Positions 24,716 through 33,914 of a stretch of DNA of 50,048 nucleotides are shown here, one piece after another. Below the pieces are notes generated by a model. The model saw only the letters and a program-made list of their open reading frames with translations, made no database searches and was not told where the DNA came from. The stretch lies in sequence record MH051918; one strand, 5' to 3'. Source of the DNA: Escherichia phage vB_EcoS_IME347. A program made the translations under genes and the position numbers. How positions within the stretch are numbered: position 1 is the first letter of the stretch; each line of letters begins with the position of its first letter.

Positions 24716-25425
24716 TTCAGGCAAAGATTAAGATCGAAATCATGAGACACGCGCGGGATGTTTATCCCGCTGAATGCTGCGGCATTGTCACGCAAAAGAG
24801 CCGGGTTCAGCGTTATCACCGGATCGATAACGTCCACAAGGAGCCGGAGAAGCATTTCGAAATGGATGCACAACAATATGCCGATGCTCTGGAGGCTGGC
24901 GAACTGGTGAGTGTGGTTCACTCCCATACGGGCGATGGAGCTACTACTCTTCCTTCGGCGCATGATACTTGTGTCTGTAACGAAATGGGCGTGATGTGGA
25001 CAATCGTTAGTTTGCCGGAGGGTGATATGAGATTCGTTGAGCCGTCGCAGCTTCCTCTGATTGGTCGCCCTTGGTCGCTCGGTTCGTTCGATTGTTGGGG
25101 GCTTGTCATGTCGTGGCATAAGGAGCATGGGATCGAGCTTAACGATTTCCGCAAGCCTTACGAGTGGTGGAAGCCGGAATTCGGGGAGAATCTTTATCAG
25201 GAAAACTATCTGATCGAGGGATTCGTTCCAACCAATCAGGAGCCGAAGCCGGGAGACATGATTATCATGCAATTGCAGTCTCCAGTTTGGAACCACGCCG
25301 GAATCTACGTCGGAGACAATCAAATTCTACATCACGCATTCGGCAAGTTATCGCGCAACGATATCTATTCTGGATGGTATCGGGATCATACCGTAATGGT
25401 GTGCAGACATAAGGAGCTTAAATAA
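24712..25425 (+). CDS. tail assembly protein (lambda K-like; JAMM/MPN + NlpC/P60 domains)
   Basis: JAMM-like HSHTGDG...SAHD motif and NlpC/P60-like Cys/His (DCWGLV ... H); ATGA overlap with the upstream gene. Confidence 0.75.
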   Translation: MIQAKIKIEIMRHARDVYPAECCGIVTQKSRVQRYHRIDNVHKEPEKHFEMDAQQYADALEAGELVSVVHSHTGDGATTLPSAHDTCVCNEMGVMWTIVSLPEGDMRFVEPSQLPLIGRPWSLGSFDCWGLVMSWHKEHGIELNDFRKPYEWWKPEFGENLYQENYLIEGFVPTNQEPKPGDMIIMQLQSPVWNHAGIYVGDNQILHHAFGKLSRNDIYSGWYRDHTVMVCRHKELK

Positions 25426-26024
25426 TGAGCGAGTTAAAAAAAATCAAGCTGTCCGGCTCTCTCGGGAAACGCTTCGGCGTTTTCCATTACCTTGCGGTTG
25501 ACAGTTACCCGGAAGCTATCCGGGCGCTGTCCTCGCAGGTGGAGGGGTTTAAGGACTACATGCAAAGCGAGGTTGGCTCGCGAATGAAGTACGCTGTATT
25601 TGTGGACGGGAAGAACATTGGACACAATAATGAGAAGGCTTTCCAGTGTGCGGACGAGGTTCGAATCCTCCCGATCCCAACTGGCTCAAAATCTGGTGGG
25701 TTGTTTCAGGTTGTCCTCGGTGCAGCAATTATGGCTACTGCATTCTTTACGGGCGGTGCTTCTCTCGCTGCAATGGGCGCTCTCGCATCCTCCGCTTTTA
25801 TGATGGGCGGCGCGATGGTTCTCGGTGGAGTAATGCAGATGATTTCACCGCAGCAGGGCGGGCAAAACTTCGAGGTTCAGTCGAGCAAAAATAAACCGTC
25901 GTATGCTTTCGGCGGCGCAGTGAATACCACGGCGGCAGGATATCCGATCCCGCTCCCGTATGGTGAAAGAACGTGCGGCGGAGCGACATTCTCCGCAGGT
26001 TCCTACGCTGAAGATATGGCATAA
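25425..26024 (+). CDS. tail assembly protein (lambda I-like)
   Basis: 199 aa with Gly/Ala-rich hydrophobic C-terminal part; position between the K-like and J-like genes. Confidence 0.65.
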   Translation: MSELKKIKLSGSLGKRFGVFHYLAVDSYPEAIRALSSQVEGFKDYMQSEVGSRMKYAVFVDGKNIGHNNEKAFQCADEVRILPIPTGSKSGGLFQVVLGAAIMATAFFTGGASLAAMGALASSAFMMGGAMVLGGVMQMISPQQGGQNFEVQSSKNKPSYAFGGAVNTTAAGYPIPLPYGERTCGGATFSAGSYAEDMA

Positions 26025-26028
26025 ATAA

Positions 26029-26053
26029 GACCCGCCTTGCGCGGGTTTTTTTT
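26029..26053 (+). terminator. intrinsic terminator (twin of 23894-23920) followed by TGTATAAT
   Basis: Identical cccgccttgcgcggg hairpin plus T run; extended -10-like TGTATAAT at 26058-26065; motif copy at 26079-26099. Confidence 0.6.
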
Positions 26054-26101
26054 CGCCTGTATAATGGCATCACCGATAAATAGCACAAAAGGTTAAACAT
26101 C

Positions 26102-29100
26102 ATGAATCAAAAAGTGATAAGCGGCTCAAAGGGTGGCGGCGGAAGTCCGCACAAGCCCGTTGAAATGGAAGATAACCTGATCTCCATCAACAAAATCAGA
26201 GTTCTACTCGCTGTGTCTGACGGTGAAGTAGATCCCGATTTCGATATGTCCATGTTGTACTTGGACAACGTTCCAGTGATGAACAAAGACGGAACTTACA
26301 ACTACGAAGGAATCAAGGCGGAGTTCCGCCCCGGCACTCAGACGCAGGATTACATTCAGGGGTTCACCGACAGCGCAAGCGAAGTCACTATGAACCGGGT
26401 AATCAAAACTGACACCCCGTTTAGCATCAACGTTACGAACCGGAACCTTTCGGCAATCCGAATCAAGATGTTCATGGCTCGCGGCGTAAAGGTTGAGAGC
26501 AACGGCGACAAGAACGGCGTTCGCGTTGAATACAAGGTTGAAATGGCTGTGGATGGTGGAGCTTTCGAACCTGCACTCACTGACGTGATTGACGGAAAAA
26601 CAATGTCAGGATATGACCGTAGCCGCCGCATTAATCTGCCCTCGTTCAACTCTCAGGTGATCTTGCGAGTGTCTCGCGTAACGCCGGACTCCGACGATTC
26701 CAACCTGATTGACGAGATCCAGTTGCGCAGCTATGCGGAGGTTATTGACGCGAAGTTTCGTTATCCGCTGACCGGGCTACTGTTCGTTGAGTTCGATTCG
26801 CAGATGTTCCCGAACCAGATCCCGAACATTTCAATCAAAAAGAAATGGAAGGTTGTCAATGTACCGACGAACTACAACCCGGTAACTCGTGATTACTCTG
26901 GCACTTGGGACGGAACGTTTAAAAAGGCGTGGACGAACAACCCGGCTTGGGTTCTGTACGACATTATCACCAACCAACGTTACGGGCTTGACCAACGCGA
27001 GCTTGGGATTGATGTTGATAAGTGGTCGCTTTACGACGCCGGGCGCTATTGTGATCAGATGGTTCCAGACGGAAAGGGCGGAACCGAGCCGCGATATCTA
27101 TGCGACGTGGTTATTCAATCGCAGGTTGAGGCGTTTAAACTGGTGCGCGATATCTGCTCAATCTTCCGGGGTATGAGCTTTTGGAACGGCGAAAGCCTGT
27201 CTATTGTGATCGACAAGCCGCGCGAGCCGTCTTACATCTTCACGAACGAGAACGTTGTGAACGGTAATTTCTCATACGCTTTCGCGAGTGAGAAAAGCAT
27301 GTATACGGTGTGCAATGTCCAGTTTGATGATGAAGAGAACCTTTATCAACAGGACGTGGAGCCTGTTTTCGATACTGATGCGGCTCGCAGATTCGGCAAC
27401 AACCCGACGAGCATTACAGCGATCGGATGTACCCGGCGCAGTGAGGCTAATCGCCGGGGGCGCTGGATTCTCAGAACCAATTTACGAAGCACTACGATCA
27501 GTTTTGCTACCGGATTGGAAGGAATGATTCCGCAGATTGGCGATGTTATCGCGGTGGCGGATAACTCATTCTCAAGCAACCTCACGCTTAACCTTTCTGG
27601 TCGCGTGATGGAAGTTTCGGGATTGCAGGTTTTCACCGCCTTTAAGGTTGACGCTCGCGCAGGTGATTTTATTGTCGTAAATAAGCCGGATGGGAAGCCC
27701 GAGAAGAGGACTATCGCATCGGTATCGCCTGACGGCAAGACTATACAGTTAAACGTCGCATTCAGCTTCTCTGTGGCTCCTAACACTATCTTTGCAATTG
27801 ACCGCACGGACGTAGCGTTACAGCAATTCGTTGTTACGGATATTTCCAAGGGCGACAATGAAGAAGAGTTTGTGTTTAGCATTACTGCGGTTGAGTATGA
27901 CCCGAACAAGTACGACGCGATCGACTACGGAGTAAACGTTGACGAAAGGCCTACAAGCATTGTCGATCCTGACAAGCTTCCTCAGCCGCAAAACGTGCAG
28001 ATTGAGTCCTTCTCTCGTGTGGTTCAGGGCGTAAGCGTTGAAACGATGGTTATCAGTTGGGATAAGGTTCAGTATGCGGCTCAGTACGAAATCCAATGGC
28101 GAAAGGGTAATGGCAACTGGATTAACACGACACCAACGGCGAACAATGAAACGTTTATCGAAGGCATTTACGCCGGGCAATACTTCGTTCGGGTTCGCGC
28201 TGTATCGTCGGCGGGCAATGCTTCAATGTGGTCTGAAGTTGTCAGCGCATCACTGACGGGTAAAGTCGGAGAGCCGGGTTCGCCAATTAACTTCACGGCG
28301 TCCGATGATGTTGTTTTTGGCATTCGCCTGAAATGGGGCATGCCGGAAGGGACTGAAGATACCGCATATATTGAGGTTCAGCAGTCACCAAACAACAGCA
28401 TTGAAAATGCATCACTGCTAACGCTCGTTCCATACCCTCAACATGAGTATTTCCATACTCCACTTGAGGCCGGGAAGATGATCTTCTACCGCATTCGTGC
28501 GATAGACAGGATCGGAAATGTGTCCGGGTGGACTGACCTGATTCCGGGGATTGCCTCAACTGACGTTGAGAGCATTATCGGGGAAATCAAGGTTGATATC
28601 GAAAACTCCGAGGGGTTCAAGTGGTTGCAGGAAAATGCGGTAGATGCAAACTCGAAGATTCACGGGGCGGCTGAAGCGATAATCGAAACCACGCTGGCTA
28701 ACGATCGTGATGTTCGTATTCAGCGCAAGCGGAACGGGAAGTTCACTGCTCAGTTTAAGCAGTCATTCCAGTTAATCGCAGATGAAACGCAAGCAAGAGT
28801 TGAGCAGTATCAGGAGTTACAGGCCGACTTTGACGGAAAGATAACCGCAACTTCAACTCAGCTTAACCAGGCGATCGCTAACGAAAGGGAGGCGAGAACA
28901 ACTCAGGTAAACCAGATTAGCGCAACGTTCGGCGGAAACCTTGACGATCTTAGCGATAGGGTTGATGGTGATATCGGGGATCTTAATGGAAGGGTTGATG
29001 GTGAGGTTCGGGCTCGTCAAGCTGCGATCTCAAACGTAAACCAAGCCATTGCGAACGAAACCGAGGCGCGAGTTCAGGCTATCAATGATTTGAAAGCGCA

Positions 29101-29683
29101 GGTTGGCAGCGACATTCAAGGCCAGCTAACGCAGTTGAATCAGGCGATCGCCAATGAGACTTCGGCGCGAGTTTCGGCTGATACGGCTCTTAGCACAAGG
29201 ATCGGGAATAACACTGCGGCTCTGAACCAGAAACTTGATTCATGGGCTAACGCAACATCGGTTGGCGCTATGTACGGCGTCAAGCTTGGGTTGAGGTATA
29301 ACGGGGTTGACTACTCCGCAGGGTTGGCAATGTCTCTGGTTGGATCTGGTAATACTGTCAAGTCTCAGCTTTTGCTACAGGCCGACAGGTTCGCAGTTTT
29401 CAACGGGGCAAACAACCAATACCGATATCCGTTCGTTGTTGAGGGCGGGCAGGTTATACTCAGCAGCACGGTTATTAAGGACGGTTTCATTACGAACGCG
29501 ATGATCGGGAACGAGATCAAGTCAAACAACTATGTTGCAGGTCAGACAGGATGGAGGATTGATAAGAACGGTAACTTTGAGATTAACGGCAAGACGGGAA
29601 CCGGAAGGTTGACCATCAACAATAACACTGTGAGCGTTTACGACGCGAACAACCGCCTACGCGTTCGCATGGGCTTGTGGTAA
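26102..29683 (+). CDS. central tail fiber / host specificity protein (lambda J-like)
   Basis: 1193-aa ORF at the end of the lambda-like tail cluster; C-terminal region contains degenerate QLNQAIANE-type repeats. Confidence 0.85.
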   Translation: MNQKVISGSKGGGGSPHKPVEMEDNLISINKIRVLLAVSDGEVDPDFDMSMLYLDNVPVMNKDGTYNYEGIKAEFRPGTQTQDYIQGFTDSASEVTMNRVIKTDTPFSINVTNRNLSAIRIKMFMARGVKVESNGDKNGVRVEYKVEMAVDGGAFEPALTDVIDGKTMSGYDRSRRINLPSFNSQVILRVSRVTPDSDDSNLIDEIQLRSYAEVIDAKFRYPLTGLLFVEFDSQMFPNQIPNISIKKKWKVVNVPTNYNPVTRDYSGTWDGTFKKAWTNNPAWVLYDIITNQRYGLDQRELGIDVDKWSLYDAGRYCDQMVPDGKGGTEPRYLCDVVIQSQVEAFKLVRDICSIFRGMSFWNGESLSIVIDKPREPSYIFTNENVVNGNFSYAFASEKSMYTVCNVQFDDEENLYQQDVEPVFDTDAARRFGNNPTSITAIGCTRRSEANRRGRWILRTNLRSTTISFATGLEGMIPQIGDVIAVADNSFSSNLTLNLSGRVMEVSGLQVFTAFKVDARAGDFIVVNKPDGKPEKRTIASVSPDGKTIQLNVAFSFSVAPNTIFAIDRTDVALQQFVVTDISKGDNEEEFVFSITAVEYDPNKYDAIDYGVNVDERPTSIVDPDKLPQPQNVQIESFSRVVQGVSVETMVISWDKVQYAAQYEIQWRKGNGNWINTTPTANNETFIEGIYAGQYFVRVRAVSSAGNASMWSEVVSASLTGKVGEPGSPINFTASDDVVFGIRLKWGMPEGTEDTAYIEVQQSPNNSIENASLLTLVPYPQHEYFHTPLEAGKMIFYRIRAIDRIGNVSGWTDLIPGIASTDVESIIGEIKVDIENSEGFKWLQENAVDANSKIHGAAEAIIETTLANDRDVRIQRKRNGKFTAQFKQSFQLIADETQARVEQYQELQADFDGKITATSTQLNQAIANEREARTTQVNQISATFGGNLDDLSDRVDGDIGDLNGRVDGEVRARQAAISNVNQAIANETEARVQAINDLKAQVGSDIQGQLTQLNQAIANETSARVSADTALSTRIGNNTAALNQKLDSWANATSVGAMYGVKLGLRYNGVDYSAGLAMSLVGSGNTVKSQLLLQADRFAVFNGANNQYRYPFVVEGGQVILSSTVIKDGFITNAMIGNEIKSNNYVAGQTGWRIDKNGNFEINGKTGTGRLTINNNTVSVYDANNRLRVRMGLW

Positions 29684-29684
29684 T

Positions 29685-29716
29685 AAAAAAGGCTCCTTAT
29701 TGGAGCCTTTTCTTTT
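29685..29716. terminator. bidirectional intrinsic terminator
   Basis: aaaaaaggctcc-ttat-tggagcctttt hairpin flanked by A and T runs, between convergent genes. Confidence 0.65.
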
Positions 29717-30053
29717 ACATGATGGTTACTTTGTTGTCGTCTTTCATTTTTCGTGAAGTCTGTGTAGCGATCAGGTCGTCATATCCCATCTTTCCTTTGT
29801 TCCAGTGAAAGACGGTATTGTAGACGCCGGAATCTTTATAGCACATTACATGTACGTTCTTACGCAGGTGCTTGTCGAAAATCACGTTGTCTGATTGGTT
29901 GATCGTCACGGTCTTTTCGGCGCAGTTGATTGTAGCATGAGTCGAACCGTTCAGAGAGAGGCGGCTGGCGTCAACCGGATATCCGATATTTGCATTGAAT
30001 GCCATAGCGTTAAAAGAAGCTGTGAACATGATAGCGGCGATGATTTTTTTCAT
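29715..30053 (-). CDS. secreted hypothetical protein (112 aa) with cleavable signal peptide
   Basis: N-terminus MKKIIAAIMFTASFNAMA-F is typical of a Sec signal peptide with an AXA site and no lipobox Cys; has its own upstream motif module at 30076-30129. Confidence 0.5.
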   Translation of the reverse strand: MKKIIAAIMFTASFNAMAFNANIGYPVDASRLSLNGSTHATINCAEKTVTINQSDNVIFDKHLRKNVHVMCYKDSGVYNTVFHWNKGKMGYDDLIATQTSRKMKDDNKVTIM

Positions 30054-30109
30054 TGGTGTTTCCTCGTTTCGTTTTGATGAATGCAGTATAGCCCCGTTTC
30101 CGGGGCTTG

Positions 30110-30129
30110 TTTTAGCAATTCGTGCTGTC
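30110..30129 (-). promoter_or_regulatory. intergenic motif copy (reverse orientation) with hairpin and TATACT
   Basis: Reverse complement reads TGACAGCACGAATTGCTAAAA and includes the stop codon of the 216-aa gene, followed on the - strand by hairpin ccccggaaacgggg and TATACT. Confidence 0.5.
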
Positions 30130-30778
30130 AGTTGTAACCTTGGAATCTGGCATAAGGAATCTTGAGCCGTCCACGGCCTGAGAATATCTCAGCGAAAGAC
30201 TTCTGGTTATTCCTTATCCATGTTGTTTGCAACTGCGATCCCGTCCATCTCATTAGGTTCCCCGAGTAGCCAACGGCGAAACCGTCGTCACTCCACTGCC
30301 CGAAGCAGTTATTCCATAGGAAAAACGGGTTGAATCCCGGCGTCACCGACACGACCCGACCCTCAAGGTTTACGTTTCCGGCAACGTCAAGGAATCCCAT
30401 AATTCGAGGCATTGTCGCAGCGCTCGCGGCAGACCAGACAAGATTCCCGCTGGCGTCGAAAACGTCCAAGTAGCCCGACACGTTGGGCTTGTTTCTTGAC
30501 GTCCTAATTACCCTGATCGAGTTCGGAACGAACAGGTTCGCGCCGGGATATCCCCAACCGTTATTGGCGGTGAACTGAATCCAGTATAGATAACCATCCT
30601 CCCGCTTGAAATTGTAGTTCAGATAAGCGAGGGAGCTTACATTTCCAAATGGAGTTGACACGTTGTAATCGCCTGTATTCAACATTCCGGGCGTAACGAT
30701 GGAATCGAAAATCGTGTGTTTCTGATCGGAGTTGATCAGGACTACCCCGGCGTCATTCAAAACCTCAAAACCTGACAT
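30128..30778 (-). CDS. hypothetical beta-rich protein (216 aa), paralog of the 30788..31096 product
   Basis: Shares DASGNLV and N-terminal G-hydrophobic-x-hydrophobic-(W/L)-(N)DA motifs with the adjacent ORF; Gly/Asn/Ser/Val-rich. Confidence 0.5.
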   Translation of the reverse strand: MSGFEVLNDAGVVLINSDQKHTIFDSIVTPGMLNTGDYNVSTPFGNVSSLAYLNYNFKREDGYLYWIQFTANNGWGYPGANLFVPNSIRVIRTSRNKPNVSGYLDVFDASGNLVWSAASAATMPRIMGFLDVAGNVNLEGRVVSVTPGFNPFFLWNNCFGQWSDDGFAVGYSGNLMRWTGSQLQTTWIRNNQKSFAEIFSGRGRLKIPYARFQGYN

Positions 30779-30787
30779 AATTCCCCC

Positions 30788-31096
30788 TTAGTTGAACATG
30801 TAGACTTCTACGTATAGCGTGAGATCCACCGATGGATTTCTCCCCGGAACGTAGATGATATCAATGCCTCCCGATCTGCACACGGGGGCGTAATCGGTAA
30901 CGTATGTCGCTCCGAGGTTCGCACCCATCACGGAGGCGAACGAATTCGAATCCGTCACTCCCGCGATATTTAGCTGAACCCTGTCAACCGATCGCGGAAA
31001 GCTGACATTATACCGCCCGACAAATCGGGTGCTGTAATCACCGAGATCGACAACGAGATTTCCCGAAGCGTCCCAACATTGCAAGCCAGCCGCCAT
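30788..31096 (-). CDS. hypothetical protein (102 aa), paralog of the N-terminal part of the 216-aa protein
   Basis: MAAGLQCWDASGNLVVDLGDY motif; first gene leftward of control region B. Confidence 0.5.
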   Translation of the reverse strand: MAAGLQCWDASGNLVVDLGDYSTRFVGRYNVSFPRSVDRVQLNIAGVTDSNSFASVMGANLGATYVTDYAPVCRSGGIDIIYVPGRNPSVDLTLYVEVYMFN

Positions 31097-31609
31097 AGCA
31101 TTTTCCTCCCAAAATTAATGAATACACATATTAGCTTTTTGCCCTCGGGGAGTCAAAGTTACAGATTTTGCGGTGTAACATCTGTCTACTTTTGTAACCA
31201 AAATGAGGCGTGACAAAATTCGCTCATTTTTTAATCAGCATGACGCACCTTAAGATATAGAAAACTCCTTATAATATATATAGATAGATATAAATTGTTA
31301 TTTTACCTTTTATATATAAATTAGAGGTGTAACCGTTGTATATATTGTCACGGTGTATTTTGTGATGCGCTCAATTTTCTACATCATAATCATGTGAATT
31401 CTGTATTGCGGTATTTTTCTATAAACACAGTTACATTGTATACAGTGGTTACGCCGCAATAAAACACGCCTCAAACGCTTGATATTTATGGACTCGCATT
31501 GTCACGGGTAATTTTGTGACGCCCGAATACACTCATTGACATCGTTACAGGTTGACTAAATGCCGGGAATGGTTATACTGTCCACATCATCAACGAAGGA
31601 GATAAACGA
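31097..31609. promoter_or_regulatory. AT-rich divergent control region B with operator-like inverted repeats
   Basis: 513-bp non-coding region; GTCAC-N10-GTGAC-type elements at 31207-31223, 31345-31370 and 31498-31524; conserved block at 31423-31465 shared with region A. Confidence 0.5.
31552..31579 (+). promoter_or_regulatory. sigma70-like promoter (TTGACT-N16-TATACT) for the recombination operon
   Basis: TTGACT at 31552-31557 and TATACT at 31574-31579, 16-nt spacer, about 30 nt upstream of the RBS of ORF 31610. Confidence 0.5.
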
Positions 31610-32686
31610 ATGTTCAAGGTATTCACGAATGACCAGCTTTCTAACGACGCATATCACGATCCTGAAGGTTGGGCGGCGGAGTACGTAAGCGGCTCAAGCC
31701 TCGCAGAAATCTTCAATACCTGCCCTGCGAACTGGCGGTTCAAGAAGAACGAGATCACAAAGGCTCTTGAGTTCGGTACTCAGTCACATACGAACTTCGA
31801 AAGCAAGGCTCTGTTTGAGGCGTCATATAAGCGCTGCCCTCACCCGAAAGAGTTTAAGGATCTGATTACGTCACAGTCGGCTCTCGCTGCGAAATTAAAA
31901 TCATTCGGCCTGAAAGGTACGAGCGGCAAGCAATATCCCGATCTGATTCGCATGATGGTTGATTGCGGTGAAATGCTCAACGTGCAATGGCTAATTGAAA
32001 TGATCGCGGAAGCGGAAGCGCGAGCGGAAGGAAAGAAACTTGTGGACGCCGAAGCATACGACGCTTGCGTAACAATGCGCCAAGTTCTGGAGAACATCCC
32101 CGAGCACAACGCTTGCATTAACAGCCCAACGGCGATGCATGAGGTTTCAATCTTCGGGGTGATTTCAGGAGTCAAAGTCAAGGTTCGCTTAGACCATCTG
32201 GATTTCGCGGAGAACGTTCAGGCGCGTGTCCTGACTGGTTTCAACAACGAAGGCGAACCAGAATACGAAGATGTGATTTACCCTGAAGCTCTCGTGATTA
32301 CCGATTTCAAGACAACCCAAAGCGCTAACCCGATGGAGTTCCCGAGGCTCGCGTTCAACCACGGCTACTACCTGAAAATGTCACTACAACATGACCTGCT
32401 CAAGCGAGCGATTCAGGCCGGAGCGTTCGAAGGGGTGAGCAAGGACATTCCTATTATCGTTCGCCTACTCGCTCAGGAGAAGAAAGAGCCTTATCTGCCT
32501 CTTGCGTACCGCATGACGATGGAGCAGATCAGGATCGGGCGTCAACAATATATCAGCGTTGTCCACACGTTTAAAGAGTGCTTGGAGTCAGACGTTTGGC
32601 CTTCATACGCTAACGGAGCGGCAGAGGTTGAACTGGAAACTCCGAAGTTCGTTCGCTACCAGTATGATTCACGTTGCAGCATGTAA
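31610..32686 (+). CDS. recombination exonuclease (PD-(D/E)XK-type, putative)
   Basis: 358 aa; D...(I)TDFKT-like PD-(D/E)XK signature; located upstream of the annealing-protein and SSB genes. Confidence 0.55.
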   Translation: MFKVFTNDQLSNDAYHDPEGWAAEYVSGSSLAEIFNTCPANWRFKKNEITKALEFGTQSHTNFESKALFEASYKRCPHPKEFKDLITSQSALAAKLKSFGLKGTSGKQYPDLIRMMVDCGEMLNVQWLIEMIAEAEARAEGKKLVDAEAYDACVTMRQVLENIPEHNACINSPTAMHEVSIFGVISGVKVKVRLDHLDFAENVQARVLTGFNNEGEPEYEDVIYPEALVITDFKTTQSANPMEFPRLAFNHGYYLKMSLQHDLLKRAIQAGAFEGVSKDIPIIVRLLAQEKKEPYLPLAYRMTMEQIRIGRQQYISVVHTFKECLESDVWPSYANGAAEVELETPKFVRYQYDSRCSM

Positions 32687-32767
32687 ACAGCACAAATAGC
32701 TAAACATGTAATTCTCGGGGTGTTATAATGCACCCCGTAGACAAGAAACCAATCAGGAGATAACGAA

Positions 32768-33421
32768 ATGATTCTTTCCCCACAGTCTGACCAAATCCTC
32801 CCGGCTCTGTTCAAGGCTCGCGGTAAATTCGTGAAGGCGAAGAAAGACCGACAAAACACCCACCTGAAAAACAAGTATGCAACGCTTGATTCCATGATGG
32901 ACGCCGTTACCCCGGCACTTACGGAAAACGGTATTATGATCATGCAATCCATGCTCGACACGAGCACGGACACAACCTTCCATCTGGAAACGATGCTGAT
33001 TCATGCGGAGAGCGGACAGTTTGCCCGGTTCTTTATGTCAATGCCGATCGCGAAGCGTGACCCTCAAGGCGTAGGCTCCGCAATGACTTATGCACGGCGA
33101 TACGGGTTGGCGGCGGCTCTCGGTATCAGTCAGGCGGACGACGACGCGCAGCTTGCCGTTAAGTCAGCGTCGGACTGGAAAAAGGATCTCGACGATTGCG
33201 AAACGTTCGACGAACTGAAAGACGTTTGGGCGAATGCCTTCCGCCAGTGTGACGCAGCGAACAGAACCATCGTTCAAGATCACTACAACCAACTGAAGGC
33301 GAAATTCGAAGTCGGCAAGGCTCGTCCGTTCGCCCCGGCGCAAAAGCCGAAGGTTGAAAAACAGGTTGAACCTGAGCAGCGCAAGCCTGTACAATCTCAA
33401 TCAATCGAAGGTTTCGAATAA
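32768..33421 (+). CDS. single-strand annealing protein (Erf-like, putative)
   Basis: 217 aa; YARRYGL-type motif; position between the exonuclease and SSB genes. Confidence 0.55.
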   Translation: MILSPQSDQILPALFKARGKFVKAKKDRQNTHLKNKYATLDSMMDAVTPALTENGIMIMQSMLDTSTDTTFHLETMLIHAESGQFARFFMSMPIAKRDPQGVGSAMTYARRYGLAAALGISQADDDAQLAVKSASDWKKDLDDCETFDELKDVWANAFRQCDAANRTIVQDHYNQLKAKFEVGKARPFAPAQKPKVEKQVEPEQRKPVQSQSIEGFE

Positions 33422-33468
33422 TATCAACCGGGCGGGTAACACCGCCCTTTATCATGAGGTGAAAAAAT

Positions 33469-33885
33469 ATGCACGTTATCACAGGCGAGATCCGAAAAGC
33501 TCCATTCGTAAAGCAGCAACCAAACGGAAATCTGTATATCATCGAACTGTCCGAGCGATACAAGCCGGGACGCGATGCGGCTGCGGAGTACACGAACTAT
33601 AAGTTCTTCTTCAATGACGGCGGCAGACAAGCGATCGCAGATTGGTACGCCGAAGCATTCCAGCAGGGCAAGGTTATTTCAGTGTCGTGTGAAGTCCTGA
33701 AAGCCGAAGTTCGCGATCACGAAGGCAAGACCTACGTTACCCTTATGCCGGGCGACTTCCCGAAATTGCTCTTCAGTCAGCGAGGCGGTAGCGCTCCGCA
33801 GCAATCACAACAACGCCAGCAGTCGCAGCCTCAGCAACGACAGCCGCAGCAACAACAAAACTTCGACGACGATATCCCGTTCTAA
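33469..33885 (+). CDS. ssb: single-stranded DNA-binding protein
   Basis: 138 aa with Gln/Pro-rich linker and the canonical acidic C-terminal tail DDDIPF. Confidence 0.75.
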   Translation: MHVITGEIRKAPFVKQQPNGNLYIIELSERYKPGRDAAAEYTNYKFFFNDGGRQAIADWYAEAFQQGKVISVSCEVLKAEVRDHEGKTYVTLMPGDFPKLLFSQRGGSAPQQSQQRQQSQPQQRQPQQQQNFDDDIPF

Positions 33886-33886
33886 T

Positions 33887-33914
33887 AAAAAAGCCCCCAA
33901 TCGGGGGCTTTCTG
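33887..33914. terminator. bidirectional intrinsic terminator
   Basis: aaaaaagccccc-aatc-gggggcttt hairpin flanked by A and T runs, between convergent ssb and tail-fiber genes. Confidence 0.65.
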
